A stretch of DNA of 64,000 nt from a virus, in IMG/VR virus record IMGVR_UViG_3300045988_126851, positions 19,646-83,645 of that record; one strand, given 5' to 3'. The notes under the pieces were generated by a model, which worked only from the letters and a program-made list of their open reading frames with translations, was not told where the DNA came from and ran no database searches. Of this stretch, positions 16,663 through 25,458 are shown in pieces; within the stretch, counting starts at the first letter, position 1, and each line of letters begins with the position of its first letter. Both the position numbers and the translations under genes were made by a program.

Positions 16663-16691
16663 AGAGGTAGCAGAAAATACCCACTACCTCT
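16663..16691 (-). terminator. possible hairpin terminator
   Basis: AGAGGTAG (16663-16670) pairs with CTACCTCT (16684-16691), located after the stop at 16718. Confidence 0.45.
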
Positions 16692-16717
16692 AAATTTTCT
16701 TTTTTCTTTTTTAAGGT

Positions 16718-17200
16718 TTATTTTTTACCTTTCTTACCTTTACCCTTTGCTTCTTTCTTTGCAGGGAGTTTGAGGCCCAATTCTTTGGCAATTGCCTTAC
16801 GAAGCTTTTCAATTTCGTCTTCGTCGAAATCATCAGGATCAGTGTCAAGATCTTTGTCGTCGCAAACTTCTTCCAATTCTTCGAAGTCCATTTCAGCAAG
16901 AGCCTCACCGGTCAAATCTTCGTCTTCTTCCTCCTCTTCCTCTTCTTCGTCTTCTTCGTCTTCTTCCTCCTCTTCGTCTTCTTCCTCCTCTTCGTCTTCT
17001 TCGTCTTCTTCCTCTTCTTCGTCTTCTTCGTCTTCTTCCTCTTCCTCAGAACCGAAAAGGTCTTCTGCTTCCTCGGCAGTCAAGGCAATCGGAGCCGGAG
17101 TGATTTTGATTGAGCCATCTTCGTACTTGATAATAATTGTACCATTTACTTCTGTTCTAGAAACTTCTTTCAGTTCTACTTCTTTTTTCTTCTTAGCCAT
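16718..17200 (-). CDS. poly-Glu/Asp acidic protein
   Basis: 160-aa ORF. Residues 52-94 are exclusively E or D. The N-terminus (MAKKKKEVELKE) and C-terminus (KKEAKGKGKKGKK) are basic. Confidence 0.65.
   Translation of the reverse strand: MAKKKKEVELKEVSRTEVNGTIIIKYEDGSIKITPAPIALTAEEAEDLFGSEEEEEDEEDEEEEEDEEDEEEEEDEEEEEDEEDEEEEEEEEDEDLTGEALAEMDFEELEEVCDDKDLDTDPDDFDEDEIEKLRKAIAKELGLKLPAKKEAKGKGKKGKK
16919..17047. repeat. imperfect tandem GAAGA(N)-type repeat encoding the E/D run
   Basis: The plus strand is made of tcttcgtct and tcttcctcc 9-mer units repeated about 14 times. Confidence 0.85.
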
Positions 17201-17236
17201 TTTCGTAATGTTTAAGTTGGTTAATAATATAATTAA

Positions 17237-17476
17237 TTAAACTGTGATTAATCGTTTCCGTTTTATAAGCTTAACATACCCAGAGTTTAATAATTCCTCC
17301 TGAGCAGTATTAAATTGTGTTATATCTTCAAGAACTGTATTTAACTGTTCTTTAGAAGTGATATTTACTTCTTGACTACTAAGAATTTTATCTCCTTGAT
17401 AAGTAGCTATCTTAAAGACTTTTCCTTGATAAGGGTCAAAATCCTTTCTCTTAAAAATTTGAGGTATATCATTCAT
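17237..17476 (-). CDS. hypothetical protein
   Basis: 79-aa ORF. Confidence 0.5.
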   Translation of the reverse strand: MNDIPQIFKRKDFDPYQGKVFKIATYQGDKILSSQEVNITSKEQLNTVLEDITQFNTAQEELLNSGYVKLIKRKRLITV

Positions 17477-18011
17477 AGCTATATTTAATTTTAGTTATTC
17501 CGGGAATACCAACCTTTCCGAAGCATTCGGTATAAAATTTGTATTTCCCTTTTTTCATTGTTTTATAGTTATCAGCTAATCGAATTGGGTAGACCCATAT
17601 TTGATTTTCTATCATCCGATTGGTCATTATATAAGCATAAGCCTTTCGAATTTTAACTTTTTCTAAAGATACAAAGCCTTGAAATAAAAGAGCTTTCTTA
17701 AGAAACCTTTCTTTTGGAAGATACCCCACAAATTTAGTATTTGCCTTATCGAATAAATCTAATAGATCCCTCTGGGCTTTTATGAAAAGTATCTTTTGCA
17801 TCTTTACCCTCCCTTGGTAGTATTTCCATAAGAAAAGGGCTAATGACCCAATTAAGGGAGGGTAATTAAGAAAGTTCCGATCAAATTCTACTTTCTCATT
17901 TTGAGGTAATCTATTGTAGATTCTGTAAGATAGAATTACGGACCTGTATTCTCTTTCGTTTAATTGCTTGGGCAGAGATCCCTTGCCGTTGTCCATATAA
18001 TTTTCTCGCAT
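17469..18011 (-). CDS. hypothetical protein
   Basis: The track ORF begins at a TTG (18023). The first ATG is at 18011. It overlaps the 3' end of 17911..18450 by ~100 nt. Confidence 0.5.
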   Translation of the reverse strand: MRENYMDNGKGSLPKQLNEREYRSVILSYRIYNRLPQNEKVEFDRNFLNYPPLIGSLALFLWKYYQGRVKMQKILFIKAQRDLLDLFDKANTKFVGYLPKERFLKKALLFQGFVSLEKVKIRKAYAYIMTNRMIENQIWVYPIRLADNYKTMKKGKYKFYTECFGKVGIPGITKIKYSYE

Positions 18012-18450
18012 ACCTTTTATCAAATTCTTGTTTACCCTTAGAATGAAAAACTCTGTGCATCTGTATCATGAATCGTCTTCTTCTATGTTTATCAACCCTA
18101 TATTCGTCTGGTATAATAAACTTCCTAGCTTTTACTAATTTACCCTTAAAGTAAAATTTTGTAGTTCCTTTAAAGTGATTCTTCCCATTCATATCTTGGG
18201 CTTTCTTAATGCCTTGCCTTAGGAGTTTCCTACCTGAGATAATATGAATATATTGAAGAACATCTACTCCATAAAGGTAAATCAGAGTTCTCTTTATATG
18301 GGATCTAGTAAAATAGGGGATAGAAGTAAGATGCTTCCGATATAATTTCTTTTCGGTTATATATTTATTGGTAGTATCTGGTCTCCAAGTCCAAAAATAA
18401 TACCGATCGGGTTTTATCTCTTCCCTACTACTTTCCTTTATCTTTACCAT
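17911..18450 (-). CDS. hypothetical basic protein
   Basis: 179-aa ORF rich in K, R and Y. Confidence 0.55.
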   Translation of the reverse strand: MVKIKESSREEIKPDRYYFWTWRPDTTNKYITEKKLYRKHLTSIPYFTRSHIKRTLIYLYGVDVLQYIHIISGRKLLRQGIKKAQDMNGKNHFKGTTKFYFKGKLVKARKFIIPDEYRVDKHRRRRFMIQMHRVFHSKGKQEFDKRYARKLYGQRQGISAQAIKRKRIQVRNSILQNLQ

Positions 18451-19003
18451 TCAATTTCCTTTTTGCAGTACGGTACCAAAGATTTATGGATTTCTCGTTT
18501 GCTTCTGGGAATTTCTTTTTCATTCTTCGAATTATTCTCTCTAATTCGTACCCCTTTGAAGTTAATTCCCATACGTAGGATTTTTTAGTACCCTTTATGA
18601 GGTTAAATTCATCCCTTTCTCTGGGGGGTTTCTTTTCTCTGGGTTTCTTTATTCCAGATACTCTTCTTGTTTTTCTTTTTCCATCTTCTCCTTCTTCTCC
18701 CAAAAAGCCAAGTCTTAATTTTGAACTTCTTAAGGGATCATCTTTTGCTAATCCTGCAGTTTCTAGTTGCCTATCCATCCAATCATCGTATTCATTAATA
18801 AGATGTTTGTTTGGTTTCTCTTCTGAAGTATTTATCCAATTGATCAATTGGAATACTGAAGCAGAACAAGCATCCGGGAAGGGCATTCCCAATATAACTG
18901 CCTTTCTTTTTAAGTCCCGATAGGTTTGATTCCTACCTGCAGCTCCGAGAAAATTAGATTTCTCTTTAGAGGGAACAAGTTTATCTTTTTTCTTCTTTAC
19001 CAT
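18428..19003 (-). CDS. hypothetical protein
   Basis: 191-aa ORF 32 nt downstream of a promoter motif. The N-terminus reads MVKKKKDKL. Confidence 0.6.
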   Translation of the reverse strand: MVKKKKDKLVPSKEKSNFLGAAGRNQTYRDLKRKAVILGMPFPDACSASVFQLINWINTSEEKPNKHLINEYDDWMDRQLETAGLAKDDPLRSSKLRLGFLGEEGEDGKRKTRRVSGIKKPREKKPPRERDEFNLIKGTKKSYVWELTSKGYELERIIRRMKKKFPEANEKSINLWYRTAKRKLNGKDKGK

Positions 19004-19031
19004 ACTTTAAAAGTGTTTTAAATTTTTTCGA

Positions 19032-19043
19032 TATGCAAATATA
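19032..19043 (-). promoter_or_regulatory. Bacteroidota-type -7 promoter element
   Basis: Reverse complement reads TATATTTGCATA. The ATG is at 19003. Confidence 0.6.
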
Positions 19044-19075
19044 TAAAGACTAATTCAAATATAAAATTAATATCA

Positions 19076-20053
19076 TTATTTTTTATATAATAGCTGGGGA
19101 TTCACTCGTTCGGTACCAGTTGATTTGGGTTTTCGTGGTTTTCTGGTTTTATGAACATTATAGGCAACATCCATTACCTTTACGTTAAAGTCAATATTAT
19201 TTACCTGGTTATAATTAACTGCCTTTTGAACACAGTAACGATATTCTGGCCAAAACTTTTGCCCTAATTTCACATCTCCAGTTTTATCCATGAATTTAGA
19301 TACCATAAAACCAAAAGTATCCGCATCATCTTTTTCTTCAAATACATACATGTAAAATCTACTAAACTCTTTTACTACTTCCTCTAAAGGCCTTACTGGG
19401 AGTAAGAGATAACCATCCGTATATAATTCCTGAGATATTAAGCATACCCAGTATTTCTTCTTTCCAGGTTTTACTTTATATCGGAATCTTTCTTTTACTT
19501 TAGTGTGCATCCATTCTGGTACTCTATTTAAAAGGTATCTGATATAGATCTTATCCTTTTTATTCAATCTCCTTTTGAATGCAGATGGCTGTTGTAGCAT
19601 TCTTGGAAGAATACGAGAATTATTCCATCTATCATATTCAAAGATTAACTTAACAGTATCCTGATCCCAGGGGTCTTCTGATTCTCTTAACCTTTTCATA
19701 TTCCTCATTATATTATGAGCATTCACCTTGGGCAATATCTGAGCAGCATCACCAGAATATAAAGCCGCTTCTCTTCTCTTTAATCTCTTTTCTAGGCATC
19801 CCTCTATATAATCTTGAAAATTCCTTTCACATGGGCAATCTGGTCTGAATATAGAAGTCCTTTTCTCAAAAAAATCCGAGAAAAGCCTAAAGAACTTCTC
19901 AGACCTTTCTCGGATTTCAAGATACTTATAATGAGACAACTTTAAAATCTCACCCGCTTCCCAAGATGACTTATTTTCGGATAATTGAAGGAACAGAGAT
20001 TGTTGTTCTTTTTGGGTTAAACAGTCCCATGCTTTCTTTTGAAATTCATTCAT
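19076..20053 (-). CDS. hypothetical protein with possible N-terminal HTH (sigma region-4/LuxR-like)
   Basis: 325-aa ORF. LTQKEQQSLFLQLSENKSSWEAGEILKLSHYKYLEIRERS resembles an LT.rE..v..l...g.s..EIa..L.iS..tv helix-turn-helix. Confidence 0.45.
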   Translation of the reverse strand: MNEFQKKAWDCLTQKEQQSLFLQLSENKSSWEAGEILKLSHYKYLEIRERSEKFFRLFSDFFEKRTSIFRPDCPCERNFQDYIEGCLEKRLKRREAALYSGDAAQILPKVNAHNIMRNMKRLRESEDPWDQDTVKLIFEYDRWNNSRILPRMLQQPSAFKRRLNKKDKIYIRYLLNRVPEWMHTKVKERFRYKVKPGKKKYWVCLISQELYTDGYLLLPVRPLEEVVKEFSRFYMYVFEEKDDADTFGFMVSKFMDKTGDVKLGQKFWPEYRYCVQKAVNYNQVNNIDFNVKVMDVAYNVHKTRKPRKPKSTGTERVNPQLLYKK

Positions 20054-20054
20054 A

Positions 20055-20771
20055 TCAATTTCTCCTATATGCCATTATGTTATCAATTGCTTCTGAGGTA
20101 ATTTTATTAGGATCAAATTCTTGCTGATTAGCATAGAGTTTATCTGGATCACAGTTTTGATATACTGAGTACAGAACATTATCAAAGGGTAATTTCAATT
20201 CCATCTTACCACATTCGGGATATAACAATAGCTTCACTAACTTATTATTATAATCTACATCTACCACAGTAGCATCCACTCCCTCATAGGGGTATCCCTT
20301 TAATACTAAGTAATCTCCAGGATGAATATTCATCATATCCTCAACGGAGTATTTCTTATTCTCTCTTGCTAATTTCTTAAATCTTCTAACATCCTTTCTT
20401 GAACAAGTAGCTACTAAAGAGAAATCATCGAAATCCTCTGAGTTATCTATCCTAACTTTTTTCTTTCTTGGATGTAAAGTCTCTGTAGCTTTTAACCAAG
20501 TCCTTATACCAGAAATATTTCTCTTTAGTTTATTAAGAAAGGGTCTAGAATAAGCAAACTCACTGGGCATTTTAATGAAGCCATAGTTGAATAAAATAGG
20601 TATTTCTTCGAATTGCATCTTGCCTTTGTGAGTTTTCTTTAATACATTTACCATTGGAATAATGGCTTTTATATTTTTATACCCCTTCTCTTTCAATTCT
20701 TCATTGATCCGAGAGCAGTATTTCTTCTCAATATAAAATATACAGTATACATAAGGGGTATGTTTTTTCAT
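20055..20771 (-). CDS. NusG/UpxY-like transcription antitermination factor (tentative)
   Basis: An NGN-like N-terminus (YVYCIFYIEKKYCSRINEELKEKGYKNIKAIIPMV...IPILFNYGFIKM) is followed by a KOW-like segment (PGDYLVLKGYPYEGVDATVVDVDYNNKLVKLLL). Confidence 0.55.
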   Translation of the reverse strand: MKKHTPYVYCIFYIEKKYCSRINEELKEKGYKNIKAIIPMVNVLKKTHKGKMQFEEIPILFNYGFIKMPSEFAYSRPFLNKLKRNISGIRTWLKATETLHPRKKKVRIDNSEDFDDFSLVATCSRKDVRRFKKLARENKKYSVEDMMNIHPGDYLVLKGYPYEGVDATVVDVDYNNKLVKLLLYPECGKMELKLPFDNVLYSVYQNCDPDKLYANQQEFDPNKITSEAIDNIMAYRRN

Positions 20772-20773
20772 AT

Positions 20774-21307
20774 TTAAGAGTTTTTAAGGATTAACTTAGC
20801 TTGTTTATGTACTAACTTATAGTTTACATTCTTCAATATATCACTAGCCATGAATACATAAAGAATTTCACCTATCTTTGGTACATCAATCACCATAATG
20901 GAGGCCTTATCGAATAGAGGTTTATAAAATACGGATGATAAATTCTTTCCCACTACAAAGAAAAATTCTTCTGAAGGCATTGAGTTATATCTCATACATA
21001 ATATAGGAACTTTATTTGCCCTTTTAGCATCTTTAGAAGCTTGTTCCCAAAATTTCAATATATCGCATCCCTTATTACCTAAGAGAATATGTTCGAATTT
21101 AATCTCTTTGTAGTTTTTACATTCTACGGATATTTTACATCTGTGGGCATGTCTCTCATCCTGACACATAATATCCGAAGACAAATCCCTACTCTGATGA
21201 TTTGCACCAGAGTAAGGTGTTCTGCCGAATTTGAAAGAAGTCCATTGAGTAAACCATTTTGAGACCCTGAGTTCAAACCTAGACCCCTTTTTCTTACTAT
21301 TTGCCAT
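20774..21307 (-). CDS. PD-(D/E)xK nuclease, Hjc-like Holliday-junction resolvase candidate
   Basis: KKGSRFELRVSKWF...SGA...DI...VECK matches the kG..fE..v...  ...SG...D....  .E.K order of archaeal-type resolvases. It lies next to the SbcCD genes. Confidence 0.55.
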   Translation of the reverse strand: MANSKKKGSRFELRVSKWFTQWTSFKFGRTPYSGANHQSRDLSSDIMCQDERHAHRCKISVECKNYKEIKFEHILLGNKGCDILKFWEQASKDAKRANKVPILCMRYNSMPSEEFFFVVGKNLSSVFYKPLFDKASIMVIDVPKIGEILYVFMASDILKNVNYKLVHKQAKLILKNS

Positions 21308-21346
21308 AAGTCATTGTCTTGTTTTAAAGATTATAATTATATATCC

Positions 21347-23059
21347 TTATAGTAATTGATACCTACTTAGGCCATTGACTTTTTCAACTTGCAGAATTTT
21401 AGTATTACTCAAAGGCAATGAATCATGGTGTGTGATTAAGAAAAGGGTTTTATCTGAAAAGGCATGTCGTATAAGAGAAATTACTACTTCTATATTATCC
21501 GAGCTGAGTGATTCGAATACTTCATCAAGGAAAGCAAGGTTAATACCCTTAGAGGCAGTAAGAGCTTCATTCATAGCAAAAGCCATTGCTATATTACAAA
21601 TTTGTTTTTCTCCGCCTGATAGTTCATCATAATCGATTATTTGCCCATCTCTTTCTATTAAAGTAACAAAATCTTTTCTAGCAGTACCCAGATCAATAGT
21701 AAACTCTATCCTAAATCCTAATACCTGAGTATATTTCTCTAAAGTAGAATTTAACCTATCCAACGAAGAATCAAATAGATAAGCTTTTATACCATTATTA
21801 CCAAGAGGGTCATCTATCAACCAATTATAATTCTCTAACTCTAATTCTTTGTTGTGAAAATCCTCATCAACTTTACGTAGTTTTTTCCTAATCTCTTTAA
21901 GCTTTTGTTTATATTTGGGGGACATGACCTTAAGCTTTTCCCGTTTGAGCTTATCCAAATCTTCATCAATAGAAGCGATGTCAGAAGCAATATCATCACA
22001 ATCTGATTTTAATTTCTTATACTTATCATTTACATTACTAAGTTTTTCTAATCTTCCTAAAGCCTCTTGATATTCTTTATCATATTTATCCAGATCAGAG
22101 AATGCCTTATATATTGATTTAGCATCTCGTAATGCACGTTTGTAGTGACCAGATTCTAACTGTATTACTAACTCTTTGATTACCTTTTTGAGTGGTACAT
22201 TAGATAAATTCTTGGCCTCTTTTATTTTACCTCTCAGATCAAGGATCAGATTGTTTTGCCTTTTAATTTTAACTTGAAGAGAAGTATCTACCTCATCCTT
22301 AATCTGTTTCTTTTTTTCGATTAAGAGTTTAGTTAACTTCTCTCTATCTTGCTTAAGTTCCCTTTTCTCTTCTTTTATTTTTTGCTTGAAGGATTTCTCT
22401 CTATCTCTTAAATCGAAGTAAGCTTCCCTATTAGTGTCTAGTTCTCTCTTAAGTAACTCGGATTGATGCTTTACTTCATTTACCTTTGCTATTAAGTTAT
22501 TTTTATCTTGCTGGGCAATTCCTTTTGCAAGGTTTAAGAACTCTAAATCGAATACTTCCTCGAATATCTTTTTCTTATCAGAATTCGACTCTTGTATTAA
22601 TCGTTTAATACCCTGACCAAACATTATAGAGTTCATGAATAGAGTGTAAGATAATCCTACTTCTTTACAAATTTCATCCTGGATTTGATTCTTGCCCTTT
22701 ACACTTACTAACTCATTATCTTTTAGGAATATAAGCCTATCGTTCCCCTTTGCTCCATCATCAAGGATTCCCTTATATTTCTGACATCGAATTATTTTGA
22801 ATAAATGGGAATCTTTCTGAAAATAGAGTTCTACCAGGGTTCCCAGATAACCTTTAGGTCTAACTGATTCCCAAGTATTCACATTGGACACTCCCTTTAG
22901 GTTTTTACCATATAATGCCCATACTAATGAGGATAAGATAGAACTTTTCCCTTTGCCATTAGTTGCTTTAATTAATACTGTACAGTTAGTATTCAGCTGT
23001 AAGTGTAAATTTTCAATTGAACAAAACCCTATGGCATTTAATGTAGTGAATGTTAACAT
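21347..23059 (-). CDS. sbcC: SbcC/Rad50-like recombination ATPase (T4 gp46 analogue)
   Basis: Walker A NGKGKSS at the N-terminus, a long Lys/Glu coiled-coil middle, the LSGGEKQ signature and Walker B LAFLDEVF at the C-terminus. Confidence 0.85.
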   Translation of the reverse strand: MLTFTTLNAIGFCSIENLHLQLNTNCTVLIKATNGKGKSSILSSLVWALYGKNLKGVSNVNTWESVRPKGYLGTLVELYFQKDSHLFKIIRCQKYKGILDDGAKGNDRLIFLKDNELVSVKGKNQIQDEICKEVGLSYTLFMNSIMFGQGIKRLIQESNSDKKKIFEEVFDLEFLNLAKGIAQQDKNNLIAKVNEVKHQSELLKRELDTNREAYFDLRDREKSFKQKIKEEKRELKQDREKLTKLLIEKKKQIKDEVDTSLQVKIKRQNNLILDLRGKIKEAKNLSNVPLKKVIKELVIQLESGHYKRALRDAKSIYKAFSDLDKYDKEYQEALGRLEKLSNVNDKYKKLKSDCDDIASDIASIDEDLDKLKREKLKVMSPKYKQKLKEIRKKLRKVDEDFHNKELELENYNWLIDDPLGNNGIKAYLFDSSLDRLNSTLEKYTQVLGFRIEFTIDLGTARKDFVTLIERDGQIIDYDELSGGEKQICNIAMAFAMNEALTASKGINLAFLDEVFESLSSDNIEVVISLIRHAFSDKTLFLITHHDSLPLSNTKILQVEKVNGLSRYQLL

Positions 23060-24024
23060 GATTCGGCCTTTTTTAATGTTTCAATTAGTAGCTTAGTTTT
23101 AACCTCATCCTTAATACCTTTTTCTTTTAGGTACCTTTTTGCTAGTACTTTTTTAGATAATTGCTTAGTTATTTGATGGTTAGTATTTACGGGTATACTA
23201 GATTTTTTAGGTAATACCATATAATAATTGCCATCATCTTTAATCTCATCTTCAGATCCTACATCAACAAATTTCGGAAACCCCTTTAATTCTACAAACT
23301 TCATAGAAAGATCAGAATAAAGTTTCCAGTATCCAAGTTTACAATCTTTATCAGTTCTCCTTTGTTGTAAAGGAGCCCCAATCATATAAACCTTCTTTGA
23401 TAACCTTTGGGGTTTATGTATATGGCCACATAATACTAAATCAAATTTATTCAGGATATTCACATTCAGATTTTCTACTGAATTTATTTCTCTCCCATCC
23501 GTATCCTTAGCACCAGGATAATCAGTGTGTAGTAAAAGAATATTCTTTTTATGTTTATCTAATTCAATCTTCTTTAGATGATCACTTAAACCGATATTAT
23601 TATCTATATAGGGTAAACCATATACCATAATATCCCTATGAGTTAGAGATAAGGGTGTTTTCCCATAATCTAGTATCTTTAACCCATACCTTTCTACTAA
23701 ATAAAGCCAACTAAAAGGTGGCATACCAATCTTACTTACTTTCTTGATATCATGATTCCCGGAGATAGCTAAAATATTCAGATTACCCAGTTTATTAAAT
23801 TCCCTGTAACATATCTCATATAATTCTTGATCCATAGATTCTGCCCTATGAAATAGATCTCCACAAAATAAAGCTGGGCAATTATACTTCTTACATAAAC
23901 CCTGTATAGTCGACAAAACCCTGAAATGATTCAGGGTTCTTTCATTATCCTCATTAAATTTAGCATAGATATTCAAATGCAAATCTGAGAATACTATTGC
24001 TATTACTTGTTTCTGTTTCTCCAT
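23053..24024 (-). CDS. sbcD: SbcD/Mre11-like nuclease (T4 gp47 analogue)
   Basis: Calcineurin-type phosphoesterase motifs are present in order: FSDLHLN, CGDLFH, SGNHD, LLHTD and CGHIHKPQ. Confidence 0.85.
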   Translation of the reverse strand: MEKQKQVIAIVFSDLHLNIYAKFNEDNERTLNHFRVLSTIQGLCKKYNCPALFCGDLFHRAESMDQELYEICYREFNKLGNLNILAISGNHDIKKVSKIGMPPFSWLYLVERYGLKILDYGKTPLSLTHRDIMVYGLPYIDNNIGLSDHLKKIELDKHKKNILLLHTDYPGAKDTDGREINSVENLNVNILNKFDLVLCGHIHKPQRLSKKVYMIGAPLQQRRTDKDCKLGYWKLYSDLSMKFVELKGFPKFVDVGSEDEIKDDGNYYMVLPKKSSIPVNTNHQITKQLSKKVLAKRYLKEKGIKDEVKTKLLIETLKKAESC

Positions 24025-24596
24025 ACCATATTAATATGATAATCGATTTGTTCTTTTCTTTCTTCCAAATCCAAACTTGATAGACATACAGTAGGTACTT
24101 CCCAATTTGCAAGCAATTCACTCATAAGGGAAGATATTTGAATCTGGAAGTACCTGTTGAGTATTCTTTTACCATTCTCTTCTATATTCCAACCTCTATA
24201 GTTCTCTAGATTCAAAGGGAGAAATATAGCTAGATCACATTGCATTTCCATTAATGTTTGACATTGACAGAAAAAGTGTTCCATCTCACATTCGGGGAGA
24301 GATTTCGATTGTTTATACCAAAAATAGGCAGCTAAATCGATATAACTTCTATCAGTAACAAATTCCTCTTTATCCTTGAATAATTTGTTCCTCAAATTCA
24401 ATAATTGAAAATCAGATTTATACAGAGCTTCTGATCCCAAAGATAATATCTCTATATGGGATAAATCTCTAGTAGCAGGTAATAGATCTGTCATACTACC
24501 AGAAATAAAGGGTAATCCATATTTCTCAGATATATACTTTGCTAAAGTTGTTTTGCCAATTCCTGATGGGCCTACAAACATAATTCTTTTACTCAT
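24003..24596 (-). CDS. P-loop nucleotide/nucleoside-monophosphate kinase-like protein
   Basis: N-terminal Walker A FVGPSGIGKTTLAKYI. The 197-aa size fits small kinases. The substrate is unknown. Confidence 0.55.
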   Translation of the reverse strand: MSKRIMFVGPSGIGKTTLAKYISEKYGLPFISGSMTDLLPATRDLSHIEILSLGSEALYKSDFQLLNLRNKLFKDKEEFVTDRSYIDLAAYFWYKQSKSLPECEMEHFFCQCQTLMEMQCDLAIFLPLNLENYRGWNIEENGKRILNRYFQIQISSLMSELLANWEVPTVCLSSLDLEERKEQIDYHINMVWRNRNK

Positions 24597-25458
24597 GGTG
24601 TAATTCTTTAAAAGGTTGAATAAATTGGTCAGTTAAGAATGAAGATAAAGAGTATTCTATACATACCTTTTTAAACTTATCATACTTAAACTTCTTCTTT
24701 GATTTAAGAGGTAATTTCTCTAAGGGATTATGTCTTACAAACCAGAATAGATCAATCAATTGTTCATTCCTTTTCCATATTTGAAGATATTCTTTGTTCT
24801 TACTCTGGGCAATAAACTTCTCAATTCTACCCTCATCAAGGATTTTCCTTGCTTTTACTGGGCCTATACCCGGGAACCCTGGTATATCATCGGAAGTATC
24901 TCCAACCATTGCAAGGTACTCTACCGTTTCATGAGAATGATAACCGAATAATTCTTTGCAGTTATCCATTCTTATCATCTCATCTTTTCTGGGATTATAT
25001 ATCCTCAGGTTATTTGATAGCAACTGGTTAAAGTCTTTATCCGATGATATAAGTATCATTTTCTCAAATTGGAATTTTTTAATTGCAAGGTATGCTAAGA
25101 AGTCATCCCCTTCATATACTGTAGATTTCTTTTTATCGAAGATATAATTAATTCTTAGCATACCCAGCATTTTCATTATAATTGCCTTTTGCTTTTGCAA
25201 TGATTCGTAATCTACAGATATATTTTTTCTATGTCCCTTGTAATTGGGCAATAACTTCGTCCTTACTGGTGAATGACCATTATCGAATGAAATATAAACC
25301 TCATCTGGTTCGAACCTTGTAAGATACATATGTAGAGATTTGAAAAATCCGAATATTGCCCCACTCGGTTTGCCATCGGTAGATTTAAGTTTTTCGAACT
25401 TATGGAAACTAGCGTGTAGTAGATTTTCCCCATCCACTAAAAGTATTAGTTTTTTCAT
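24589..25458 (-). CDS. 5'-3' exonuclease / flap endonuclease (T4 RNase H-like)
   Basis: A PIN-like N-terminus (LLVDGENLLHASFH) is followed by the H3TH motif GDTSDDIPGFPGIGPVKARKIL. Confidence 0.85.
   Translation of the reverse strand: MKKLILLVDGENLLHASFHKFEKLKSTDGKPSGAIFGFFKSLHMYLTRFEPDEVYISFDNGHSPVRTKLLPNYKGHRKNISVDYESLQKQKAIIMKMLGMLRINYIFDKKKSTVYEGDDFLAYLAIKKFQFEKMILISSDKDFNQLLSNNLRIYNPRKDEMIRMDNCKELFGYHSHETVEYLAMVGDTSDDIPGFPGIGPVKARKILDEGRIEKFIAQSKNKEYLQIWKRNEQLIDLFWFVRHNPLEKLPLKSKKKFKYDKFKKVCIEYSLSSFLTDQFIQPFKELHHE

Noticed and set aside
16770-17240. Plus-strand ORFs (16770..17240 poly-Ser, 16792..17103 Leu/Arg/Pro-rich) and the nested minus ORF 16711..16908
   Set aside because: They are alternative-frame or antisense readings of the GAAGA repeat encoding the acidic protein. 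They are low-complexity artefacts with no independent start context.
17911-18023. ~100-nt overlap between 17911..18450 and the next gene, considered as a programmed frameshift or sequencing error
   Set aside because: The downstream frame is +1 relative to the upstream one and I found no slippery sequence. The track start at 18023 is a TTG. I treat these as two overlapping genes, though resequencing could revisit this.
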